From NCBI GenBank assembly GCA_000708835.1, contig DF236951.1:57877-121876 (forward strand): DNA of 64,000 nucleotides, in the 5' to 3' direction. The position numbers and the translations under genes are program-made. This document shows, in pieces, positions 40,601 through 51,800 of the stretch. Positions within the stretch are counted from its first letter, which is position 1, and each line of letters begins with the position of its first letter. A model generated the notes under the pieces. The model ran no database searches. It was given only the letters and a program-made list of their open reading frames with translations, and was not told the origin of the DNA. The stretch is from Klebsormidium nitens. Its lineage: Eukaryota > Plantae > Klebsormidiophyceae.

Positions 40601-42280
40601 CCGCTGATAGGTCAGGTAAGGGCGAGCGCAATTTGAATTGGCCGAGTCGTTTCTGCTCGCCTGCGAGTTTCCATAATATGCTACGTATTTGCAGCTGTGT
40701 GAGAGTTGTGAACGTGTTCGGGCGCAGTCGCAAAAAGAATCTGCGACAGTCCTTGTTCAACGTCCTGGTTGTCGAAGACATACCTATGAGAAACGCTGCG
40801 GATGTGCACGTGGTGCTCGCGAAGAAAGTTGTATAAGCTGTGCGGCACTGGGAGGCTCATCTCAGTGCATCCATTTCGCGCAGGCAAGTCGGACCCGTAT
40901 GTGAAGCTGCATTACTTCAAGTACCAGCGGCAGACCAACGTGAAGAAGAAGACGCTGAACCCGCTCTGGAACGAGGAGTTCCAGCTGTACGTGCCCACGT
41001 GGGCCTCCCCGCAGGTGGCGCTCATCAAGGTCCTCGATCACGACGACTTCTCCAGGGTGAGGCGCCACGCCCGAGGTGTCACACGAAAGTCTGATGCAGC
41101 CAAAGGTTTTACCTTGAGAGCGGCTCACAAGTGGAAGTTCGCATGGCGTTTGGCTGGAAAAGTAGTCGAACACCCTGTACTTGCTGGTCAGAAAGCGTAA
41201 GCAGCGGCCCGCCAAGGATCCCGCCTACCGGACCTTCCGAAACGTGGAGGCAGTCAATCTCTGTTGCAAAGCAAACAAAGTCTAGGGCTCCTTTTTAAAT
41301 GATTGCTGCGGCTTTGGTTGCAAATGTTGCAAAGGGCTGAGGTGTCTGCGTGTCGGGTTGCAGGACGACAAGCTGGGGCAGGTGCAGGTCGACCTGGCCA
41401 AGCACCGCCACGGCGCCCGCACCGAGATGTGGCTGCCCCTGGAGGACGCCCCGGGCAAAAAGGGGCAGGCGCAAGGGGAGATCCGCATCGCAATCACTCT
41501 CAACGACATGCCGTACGATGACAACCGGCCGGCAGGCCTCAATAAGGAGGTAGGACGTCGTCCCGCTCTCTTGTCAAATTCAATATCTTTTAATGTGGGC
41601 CGGGCACGTGCCTGGACAACAGGTTATGGAAGCTTAGGTTGGCGTTCCTTTGGTGCATCATTGTCGCCACAGTGTTTGTATGCAGAGTGAAGCACTTGCC
41701 TGATCCTCAACCAATGCGCACGATCAATCCAGCACAATGGCTCTCGGCTGTTCCATGGCTTTGCCTTTCAAAGCCTACACTGTCTATTGCTTCTAAACCT
41801 TCTTTCCGGTGGTTACAGGCGCTCGGCGTGGGCCCGGTGATGTCGAGCGAGATGCAGGCGGTGGCGGCCACGTCGCAGGAGCCCATCCCGCAGTCGCTGG
41901 ATCTAGACGTCGGCATTGGCCAACCGGGCGCCATGAGCATCTACGGCCCCGCCGCCAGCCAGCTGCTCGACCAGCAAAACGCGCGCGCCGCAGAAGCCAT
42001 GGACGCCACTTTGCCCGGCACTACGGTGGCAAGTGTGAACGCCGCATATCCCGACGCCGATGTGGGCCTGCGACAAGAGCACGAGTTTGGGACGTCCAAG
42101 TCGCTGGTGACAGGCACCGGGGAGGACGGGCTGCCGGAGTACTCGACGGACCGCGTGGTGGGTCATGAGCCGGCGCTCGGGGAGCTGAGCGCGGAGGAGA
42201 GCGCGTACACGGAGGGCGCTCACAAGCACAGGATCAAGCAAGGCCTGAAGAAGCTGATCAACAAGGCGACTGGGGCGTGA
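37664..42280 (+). CDS. NTMC2T6: N-terminal TM, SMP and C2 domain protein, NTMC2T6/At1g53590-like synaptotagmin family (631 aa)
   Basis: Exons 37664-37942, 38304-38378, 38540-38680, 39009-39227, 39623-39817, 40157-40232, 40526-40615, 40884-41056, 41364-41549, 41819-42280; 1896 nt. Hairpin TM HVAVVVFLVWLSGYFGVSIFLALTWSLLYL, SMP (ETCGWVN..., LGSTPPVL, DDHIVLE, MEGKVRVG, PNILTIDV), C2 (GRNLRAADRSGKSDPYVKL, KKKTLNPLWNEEF, DHDDFSRDDKLG). Confidence 0.88.
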
Positions 42281-43348
42281 GCAGAGCGCCGAGTGCAAGG
42301 TACATTGTGAGGATAGTGCAGATGGAAGAATGAGAGGCTTACGGTATGGTGGCTTGGGGGTGAGGGACGTTAGAGTTTCTGCATGCTTGCAGCTGGACTG
42401 GGTTTGCAATTGCTCTAGCGCAGCAGATAAGCTATTGTGTTTGTCTTTGTTCCATAGGCATGCGCCGGTCAAATATGCACGCGGTGCAATTATATGGTAC
42501 AGCAAGTAGCTGGACGTTTGGATATAGACTCTTTACCTGATGTCAAGTTCTCTTTTGTATTCTAGTATTTCTAAGTCTGTTTATTTTTAATTCCGGCCCC
42601 TTGAATGTGGTTTACAATTCTACAACACACTCGATCATTGTCGGGCCCAATCTTCCAGCCTGTATATGTAGCATGTGATAAGAATCAATCATGCAATACA
42701 CGTCCAATCCCATGTCTGCACTCATGACTCATGCAAGTAAAATTGCCTAGGACGGTACTGCCAATGCATGTAAGGGAGAATTCTGGATGCATGGCTGCAA
42801 AAGCAGCATGATAGTGACAATCATATCGATATAGCCCGACTCAATCTTGGAAGTGTGAGTCGCTTAAACGCCTAGATTATGCCCAGACCATGGCCATGCA
42901 GCTGTAAAGCATCGAATCGAACATACCTGGCATTAGTACTTGGGCACACATGTAATTCAGACGATTCTGTCGGGCGCTGTATATGGAGCGAAGCGTTCTT
43001 GCATGATTATCGTGCCAGCCATCTATACGTTCTTAAAGATTGTAAGCTCATGTTACTAAGACATTAGCTATTGTGAAAGACGAATTTTGCAAGTTTTACA
43101 ATGTCTTGTCCAACAAGGAAAGCTCAACCAAACACTGCACCCGGAAGCTGCGTCATTGAAAGCATACCGCCCGTAAGTCGCCTGTTGCTCGTGTGCAATC
43201 AGAGACTACCTCGAGAACCGGCCACAGGAAACTCTAAGCCAAACTGCCGACCACCAACGACCTGCCGACGAGCATTTGCTGAAATTGGATAGACCGTAGC
43301 TCACGCCCCTTGTTCTTCAGCTGTATTCATCCAATCTGTCCAACGGCG

Positions 43349-46300
43349 TCAAACCAGAAGCTGAGTCATCAGCTGCGATACAAGCGTGTCTTGATCTTCT
43401 TCTGGACCTTGTCGCTCATACTTCAGCCCGGGGAGATAGGGCCGTGGTGTGGAGACTGCAGCCTTTGGAAAGATCCCGTACACAGCCAAAAGGTCGTCTG
43501 TATCCAAGCCATTGGACATCCCATTTTGGGCGCTTCTGCACATACAAAGATAATGTTTCGTATTCAAGAACATAACGGATGGCTACAGTACTTTTGAGGA
43601 CTGGCACCCCGCCCAGAAGCGGTCGTCTTAGTTGGGAATGCTGCCTGTTCTGGTGCGTGCTACTTCCTGACGATTCGAACTAGCACAGATGGGAGGACGG
43701 CCGCAAGTGCGGCGACGAACTCTTGCCCAGAGATTCGGCGAAGTCCTTCCTCAGGTGAATCGATGACCATTATGTGAGGATTGTCGCAGAGAAACCTGGG
43801 TGAAAGCCCTTGACGCCAAGCTGCCAACACAATCAAATTGCAGGCTGTGTAGTGGCGCTACATGCATGCACTACACTGAACTTTACGAGTCCTGCCTGGC
43901 GCGCCTCACCTTGCTTCGCTTGCTGGGGGGGTTGCAGGTGCCGGCACTTCCGCCTTGTTGCTCGAAGAATCAGACCCTCCGAGGTACTCCTTCAACAGAG
44001 AAGCAGGATCCCGGACCTCTGGGTCTGCCCCGGCTTCCCCCTCTTCAAACTCCTCATCCTCGGAGTCCTCGTCGCTGATCCCCAGTAACTCGTTGTACCG
44101 CGAGAGATCCGTGATGTAGCTGCCATTCCCCGCGAGCATCGTCTTTGGGATCTCGAACGCCGGGGTCTGTGGCTTTGGTGGGCTCTCGGGCCTTGGAGGA
44201 TCCACTGGGGTCTGTGGCTTTGGGGCGCTGTCGGGCCTCGGAGGATCCTTCAGCGGGGGCGTGGGCTGCTCCTTCTTCCGAGGGGGGGGGGCTGGGCGCG
44301 GTGCCACCGAGTCCCGTCCAGCAGTCCCCCAGTTCAGAGGAAAAAGATCGTCGCTCCAGCTGTTCTGAACAGGACCGGTGGGGGCTGGCCCAGGGCTCGG
44401 ATCGGGGGCGAATGCGGCACTGCTGTGCTCCGCAAAGTGGTCGAAATTGGCGCGCAGTACAGTCTCTGCGGCGTCGATGTCCCCCGAGCACGAAACGAGC
44501 GAAATCTCCACCACGTCCTGGCTCAGGCACCCAACGGACACCCACCTGCGCAGGACAGGAGACGAGGCCGGAAAGAATCAGACAACGGCCCCTGCCAAGC
44601 AACCTGCAAACCATTGGCACAACACAATGACAGTCAACGTCCAATTTCTCTTGCACGCACAATTCCCAAGCCTACTTGCAGCGACTTCAGGTGGTAAAAC
44701 GTGGAGCTTGAAAGCTACTGCCCAGTCTTCGTTGGTAGTCGACCAAGACCATCTACAAACCCCTGCTCATGGAAGCAAGGAAAAACGGGAGTCATCAGGA
44801 GCTGTTCGTCCACGTACTTGCTGATGCGCGCCAGCTCGGCCGTGAGGTCGATGATCGGGTCCGCTGGCGACTGCCCCGAGTTGAGCCACTCGCAGCAGCG
44901 GTCCACGTCGGTGCCACAAGCGCGAACCGCGGTGACCGACAGCCAGTCCGGGAAGCCCAGCTCCAGCAGCTGCTTGGTGGCCACGCGGATCTTGTGCTCC
45001 TTGAGCACCGTCAGCAGCTTCTCCGACCACGAGCGCAGCCCTTGCACCGCTGGGGGGGGACTCGGAGATGGCCGCCAGACAGGGGGGGAAGCAGGCCGGG
45101 CCACCGGGGGGGAGGGGGATCGCGGCAGGGGGGGTGCCTGGAACGGACAGTAGGTGACACTGGTTAAGAGAGAACACTGAGAATTTTCACGGAGCAAGTA
45201 CCAATATAAGCAAGTGTGCAAAGATCTGAGCTTTTGTAAGTGGCGGAGTGCGTGGCACTGTAGAACTTCTTCAGAGGAACATGTAACGGGAAGTATTTTG
45301 AAGACCTGTATTTGCAAGAAGCACACACACAGTTGTAAGTTGGGCAGTTCAAGCATTAGCAGCCAAACCGTACCACACTCACTTGCGGCTGTTCCTCTCT
45401 CGGTTTGCCCCAGGCGTTGAAGAGCGGCGCAGGGGAAGCAGGAGGGGCCTGCGCAGGCGGCTTGGGCACAGCTTTGGTGGCACTCTCGGCAGGCGTCGGA
45501 TCGGGCGCTTGCGCTGCCTTAAGAGCCGCCTGCTTGTCATGCCAGGCCTGCTTCTTTGCCTGCTTGCGGGACACGCCGGATGGCGGCTTAGCAGCAGCCT
45601 TGCCCTTCTTGCGCCCCAGTACCGTCATCCACTCGCCTTCTTCATCGGAGTCTTCGGCTTCCTCTGCTGGGGGCGCTTCAGAAGGTGCGCCATTGGCCCA
45701 GCCAGAGGGTATTCCTGCAACATGGCCTGCCTGTGCCGATTCTAGGGCATGCTGCACCATGAGCTGATCCTGCCTGCTTGGTGGCTTTTTTGCTTTCGCA
45801 AAGCTGTCCGCTGCAAGCTTGGCGGAGGGGTTGCCCTTCTTTTGCCGCATGGCCTCCACTTGCTTGCGTATTGCATCCATCTTGCTCTGATCCATGTCAG
45901 CGGGAGGCTTTGGTACAGCAGGCGGGGCTGGCTTTTTTGCAGGCTGCTTATTGGCTGGCGCAAAAATGTTCACTAACGGTTGCAAAGGCTTAGCTGCCGG
46001 TGGAGCGACTGCCTTTGCCGGCTTTGCAGGGGCCTTGTCGGGCTGCCCTTCGTCTGCTTTCTCTTTCTTTTCTCGTTTGGCAGGACCCGGGACAAAGTTG
46101 TCTGGCATCTTGGCCTTCTGCCTCTTTTTGCTGTTCTCCATTCGGGCATGGACGTGGTGCAGACGGAAGACGCGCCTGCACCCAGTCAAAGAGCAAGCTT
46201 GACCAACTTGGCAGCTACCCCTAAAAAGTACCCCAAAAGCTAAAGTGGTCACCACTGCTCAATTGGGACAATCCTTGCAATGGTCAATCTGGCAAGTCAA

Positions 46301-47025
46301 TTAACATTTGCAGCTCCAACTCATTCAGCTTTTCCCGACTCCAAGGAAAAGCCCAAGGGACGGGGGAGAAAGTGATTAGGACTAACCCTTTGCAAGGCTT
46401 TTCGTAGTCAGCGCTCTTGTTACTGTAACCCCGCAAACAGGGGAAGCCAATCTGCAAGAAAAGGTGTCGGTTTCAGTTCGTGGCAGAATCCTTTGCAGCT
46501 TGTCCAAAATTGAAAACGACTCCGAGAAGGACGCCAAGTTGACATAGCTGATAATGGGACGCAACCAGGCGGTTGAGTTGCATTGAAGGAACTTATAACA
46601 GAAATCAATTGCTTCAACCTCTATTACATAGAATCAACAACCCAAACTTTCTGGAGCATTTCCAAGTAAATAGGCAAATACCACGTAATCAATCTGATGT
46701 GTCAGCTAAGGTCCACATGGTTGGAAGAGCGGATCTCATGACCGTAGTCTCTACCCACCAGTCAAGAAACTAAGAGAATCAAGCTGGGAAATGAAGCTTG
46801 ACTTACTTTAGCATCTTTACCCAGCTTGCGCTTCTTCAGGTATTCGTCCACACAACATTGATGAAAAACCATTGGCGTAGGACATTTGGCAAAAGAGCAG
46901 CACACTAAGTTCAGGTCCTGCAGTTCCGGATCGCATTGCTTGCCGCAATAATCGCAAACACCGCCATAGTCGTGCAGCGATGCAGCAACTGAATCCAGAT
47001 TTGCATCCGAGTCGACGAGCGCCAT
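43349..47025 (-). CDS. Protein with an N-terminal C4HC3-like Cys/His finger, Lys/Pro/Ala-rich linker and two tandem UBA-like helical domains (739 aa)
   Basis: Exons 47025-46807, 46451-46387, 46175-45383, 45137-44818, 44545-43910, 43535-43349; 2220 nt, phases compatible. UBA-like core KQLLELGFPDWLSVTAVRACGTDVDRCCEWL followed by IDLTAELARI...VEISLVSCSGDIDAAETVL resembles plant UBA/EF1B-type proteins (from recall). Confidence 0.8.
44162..44248. repeat. Coding tandem duplication (42-bp unit, period 45) encoding DPPRP(D/E)S(A/P)PKPQTP twice
   Basis: ggggtctgtggctttggtgggctctcgggccttggaggatcc (44162-44203) and ggggtctgtggctttggggcgctgtcgggcctcggaggatcc (44207-44248). Confidence 0.9.
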
Positions 47026-47238
47026 TACTGCTGAGAAAGGTAGAAGAGGGATTCAAAAGGATCGAAGGGCGCTACAAATGCAGCTGGGAAGGAAAGGACG
47101 GGAGGAATGCAGCAGAAGAACCGATGCCAATGGCTCGAGGCTGAGGAGCAGTGGTCTGAATTTTTAGTTGATCTTTAACCTACTATCATTCAGACCCAGG
47201 CTGACGGTTGAGCTTGGTGGCGCGAACGCCGGCAGACC

Positions 47239-47278
47239 TGATTGGTTGTCCATTTGCGAGCAAATCCTGAACCAATCA
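47239..47278. promoter_or_regulatory. Symmetric dyad: inverted CCAAT boxes around an ATTTGC-N2-GCAAAT palindrome, about 215 bp upstream of ATG 47025
   Basis: TGATTGGTT(47239-47)-4nt-ATTTGC-ga-GCAAAT-4nt-AACCAATCA(47270-78). The symmetry is read directly; regulatory function is inferred. Confidence 0.45.
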
Positions 47279-47611
47279 CAGCCGCCCATACGGCGATCCT
47301 TCGATTTTGGAAGATTCCAAAATATCTCCCAAAATATAGTTGATTTGCACTGATGAAAGTCGACTGAGAGAGTGAGAGAGACCCTTTCGCCATTGGACGT
47401 CTGATATATTGGTAGGGCTCGGCAGCTCGGCCAGCCGATTTTTGGCCTTCAGACTTTCATTTCGAGTGTCAGGCTTTGAATGTCTGATGCGTGGGTGCTA
47501 AGAATGAAGCAATCTGCGTGCAGACAGATGTCTCGCGCATAGGTACTCAAAAGGGCCCGTAAATCAAGCTAGTGGATCGAATTTAAAGAGCTAAACGGGC
47601 TGACTGAGAAG

Positions 47612-47827
47612 CAGGGGTCGGCACAGGTTTTTGGAAATGTCGGCTCAAAGCCGACTTCCTCGCAAATTCATCGGCTTCTCGCTTGGATTTCTGGGTACTT
47701 GTCGGTTTTCGGCTGAGGACCCTGCCTCTGGTGTCGGCTTTCGAGCCGGGTACTTTTCAATTTTGTCGGCTTTTCCCAAAATCTTGTGTCCCCGGGTTCA
47801 CTGTTAGTCGGCTTGTGCCGACCCCTG
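47612..47827. mobile_element. Non-autonomous hAT-superfamily MITE (216 bp)
   Basis: Perfect 14-bp TIRs CAGGGGTCGGCACA (47612-25) and TGTGCCGACCCCTG (47814-27); 8-bp TSD CTGAGAAG at 47604-11 and 47828-35; internal GTCGGCT at 47639, 47733, 47765, 47807. An 8-bp TSD with a CAG-starting TIR is the established hAT signature. Confidence 0.93.
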
Positions 47828-48790
47828 CTGAGAAGTGAAGGACATTATACCAGAAAAGTTTCGAAGTCAAAATGGAATTTGTGAACGCCACTGCATATAG
47901 CAACGGACCTTTTGAGCATTGAAACTCACTAAACATGTCGTGCAACCAAACTTCCTCTTTGAATACTGGTTGCATGCGCATATGGCCCAACATGTGGTGG
48001 GAGACATGATCGGACACTCGGCTACGGCAGCTTCGATCGAAGATCATTGGATTATGAGCCGGACCTGATTTCGATAGCCTCCGCAACCAATTAGTCAGCT
48101 CAACTAGCTCTTACTCTCGACTCGGCGTTTTTCAGTCAAGTGTCCACAAAAGTGTTACGCATCGGGTCGAAATTCTATGAAGGGTTTTGATCGTTATCAG
48201 CATACAAAGCTGAATCAATTCAACGATCGATGTGAATTTGTTGTTTAGAATGTGAAAAGGGAAAGTAACCGGGGCTTCATCATGCGCTATAGCCACTTAA
48301 CCGACGTTCCTACGATATTCAATCTGCAACAATATCAAATACTTGAGTCTTGAGGCGTTTACCCGGCAACTTCAACGCAGTTGGCCTCTCCCATTCGTAG
48401 TGGCAGCACATAGGTGTTTATGATGGTCGTGACAACATTCTGACGAGCTTTTTATGACCATGGTGACGTAACCGTATTCAAGGCAATCATGCACCGTCGG
48501 TTTTCAGTAGGATAGAAGCTTCCAAGACATCTGTTGATCCATGAATGACTTGGTTGATAAATTCTGTAAAAGCTTAGAGCGGAGTGACTCTGGTTGGAGC
48601 CAACACGCGTGTCACCGCTCGTTATGCACCGTTATGCATGGCTTGGGCACCAAGCTGACTTATCGAGAATGATCACTTGCCTTCCTTCCGACTTTGTCCT
48701 CTGAACTTGTCAACGTCTGGTCGCGTCAAGAGCTCCTCCGCCCCCGCTTTTCGCACTTGCTTAGCCTCTCGCTAATTTGAAGTGCCGCTT

Positions 48791-48839
48791 TGAAGCTACC
48801 GGTATCAAGGCAATTGCTGCTCTGAAGCTACCGGTATCA
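48791..48839. repeat. 17-bp direct repeat (period 32) spanning the SUV3 stop codon
   Basis: TGAAGCTACCGGTATCA at 48791-48807 and 48823-48839. Confidence 0.95.
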
Positions 48840-51800
48840 TCCGCCTCGTTTTGGCTTTTCGCATAACAGGAGTTCCGACAACCTTCAGACCCTGCTCGAT
48901 CAGCCTGCAAGTAAAGAAGCACACGAGTAATCATCTAATCACCTCAACGCCAAAACTCTGTCGCCAGACAAATCTCCCCAATCCAGGGAGTTCACTCGAG
49001 TTTCAATGATGAGAAAAGCAGGTTATCTCAAGCGGCTCGACTAGCACCCTAGCCACGGTTGTGTAAACATCTGATGTTCGAGGCTCTGCTGCACGAAGCG
49101 ATTGACACCGTGGTATAGAGCGGCTTACATCTCGCACAAGCCTTTCTGCTCCTCGGCGGTCTCTCGCTCGTCAAAACTCTCGGGGAGGCGGTAACTCAAC
49201 CAGATGTAGAGGGAGAGAATCTGAAAGAGCACGGAAGTTTAGATCATCAAAATGCTTTTCGAGGAGTCGACGCTGTAATCGCCACTCGTTCGCCCCACTG
49301 AAAGCAACCTTGCTCCTTGTTGGCAAGATATGTAAGCCGACAGCTTTCAGCGTGAACGGCCTCCAGCGCCAATAACAGGGCGACATTACGAGTGGAAGGA
49401 AACTCCTCTTGCGACTTCCCCTACAGACTCCATGTACAAAGTTTCCGAAGTATGTATCTTGCGGCATCAGAGAAGCACCAGTAGGTGACAAACGTCGTAC
49501 TCTTTCGGCAACCCTTTGGGCAGTTGCGGCTCACATTGTGCAGGCTCTCCAGCTCTGAGAGCGCGTTTTGCGTCTTGGGCACCTTCATGGTGCCCGCGTT
49601 GAGCACGCGCTTCATCCGGACCTTGCCGGCCGCCAGGTGCTCCTGCGCAAACTGCAGCACACAACGGACACGGTCACGCACGCACGAACACTTGCAGCCA
49701 ACAGAGAGCAGCTTGTGCTGACGGGCTGCGAATGCAGACAGTCATACGAGACTGTCAGCCACTGACTTCAACAAGGCTCTTTCGAATCGACAAAACGGAG
49801 TTCACTTTTGCGGCCAGCAAAGGCAACCACGGCGCTGACTCGCAACGGAACGCTCTGATTTGGAAGCGAAAAACTTGTCGGCACCAGAGCGAGTTGCCCT
49901 CCTCAAAAGGCTCGAGTCGAAGCCCACCTTATATAGTGCGCCCATAGATGCGGGGTCGTCGGACTTGACGGGACTGCGCAGACGTGGCCAGACAAAGGAT
50001 CAGTGCTGGTCGTCCGCCAACTGGCGACATGCTTTTCGAAACTCAAGGAAACGTGGCTCGCAACTTCGGAACGAAGTATTCAGCCCACCCGCAGCTGTTT
50101 CAGTGGCTAACTACAGGACGGAATCAAGCAATCTTACTGAGTATGGCAACAGAGGGTTTTCAAGCACTGTCTAAGGAACCTCCTTTCAGGTCAGGAAGGT
50201 CGGACGAAGCTCAATCAGCATTGACGCTAGGCTTGTTGGAGTATTGCCAACAACAACCGTCCTGCATCTTGCTGGGCCGCGTAGCGCTTGGCGGTCGTGG
50301 CGGGCGTCACCTGATTGCGAAGATGTACATGTCCGCGAGCGGCAGCGGCAGGTCGCCGAGGTGGCGCGACGTCTCCACCATGTCGCTGCAGTCTTGCAGA
50401 AAGAAGGCGGGGGACAGCCGGGCGGACACCGCGAAGTTCTCCTGGCAGCAGCGACGAGAAGGTGCTGTGAGCCCGGCGAGATGTGCAGGGACGCGCATAC
50501 GGAGAGCAGAAGTCGAGAGCACGACCCGTGCATGCGAGTGACAGACAGCTGGCGGACGAAACAATGATGCTAGTTCAAAACTTCAAACCTGCGATGTGCG
50601 ACGATGAGAGTTACATGACTTTCTTGGTCAAAAACCCGCATGTAGCGAGCTGTTGTGCCGAGCTTCTGACACCGATTTTGTTTGCAGAGTGCAAGCTTTG
50701 TCAGACTCGCTTGTCAAAAGACGAGAAAACTGATCACATCCTACGTACGACAAACGGACGGCGACACTGGATTCAAACCAGTGCGACTTTGTGTGCCAAC
50801 TTCGACGCCCTATGCCTGGGCCACTAGGTTAGCAAAGCCGACGCACCAGGATGCGGTTGAGGCTCCAGTTGGGCCGGCGAGTGGCGAAGAGTTGCAGCTG
50901 GTCGAAGGTGGGGAAGAGGCCCGCCTCCGTGATCGTTTCGGGGGGCTGCTTCAGCAGGTACTTGAGGGCCCCCAGGTCGCGGGGCTCTAGGCAGGTGACC
51001 TCTCCTTCCGGGTACTGCGACGCGAACCTGCCAGCGCGCCCTGCCAGCAGCCCAGGAAGGTTCTCAGAACGGTAACTTGAGGAAGAGCGCAAAGATTAGA
51101 TAGTGGTTTTAAGTGGGCTGATTCTCCGCGTGCCACCAGCAGAGAACCAGCATACACAGGTGCTGGCCAAAATCAACTCGAAAGAGAAGGGACCGTTGGC
51201 CTGAGCAAACTCTTCATCATTGCCGTAAGTGCGGCGTTTCAACTTGTCCAGGCCAAGACTGTCAATCTATACAGCTGCCGCCGTGAATGAACCGTACCGT
51301 CAGACACGGTTTCTCACAGACGACCCCAGGCGGGCGAGCGACGAGTCCTCACCCGCAATCTGCTTCGCCTCGGATGACGTCAGCATGCGCCTCTCAAAGC
51401 CGTCGAACTTGTAGATGCTCGAGAAAATGATTCGGCGGATGTTGAGATTGAGGCCCATCCCGACGGCGTCGCTCGCCACTAGCACGTCGTAGCCAGAGTC
51501 CTCGTCGTTGAAAAGAGCCGCCTGCAACACCACAAACCAGGCAAAAAGAATGAGAGTTGGGAAGGCCCTTTCGACCTCCTGACTGCGTTTCTTTGGTTGC
51601 AGAAACATAACACAGGGAAAAGCACGTAACAAAAGGCAGTATGTCCAACGAGCGGCGGAGCAGGATAGGAGTGCCCTTGTCAACCTCTACAGTACCCCTG
51701 CCTTGCGGGACGCAGTCTCTACATGTCCAGAAGAAGGGTCTCGTGGAGGCCCGCCTAGCCAAACGCATCATTACAGATGCGAGTTGGGAGAGCGGCACGA

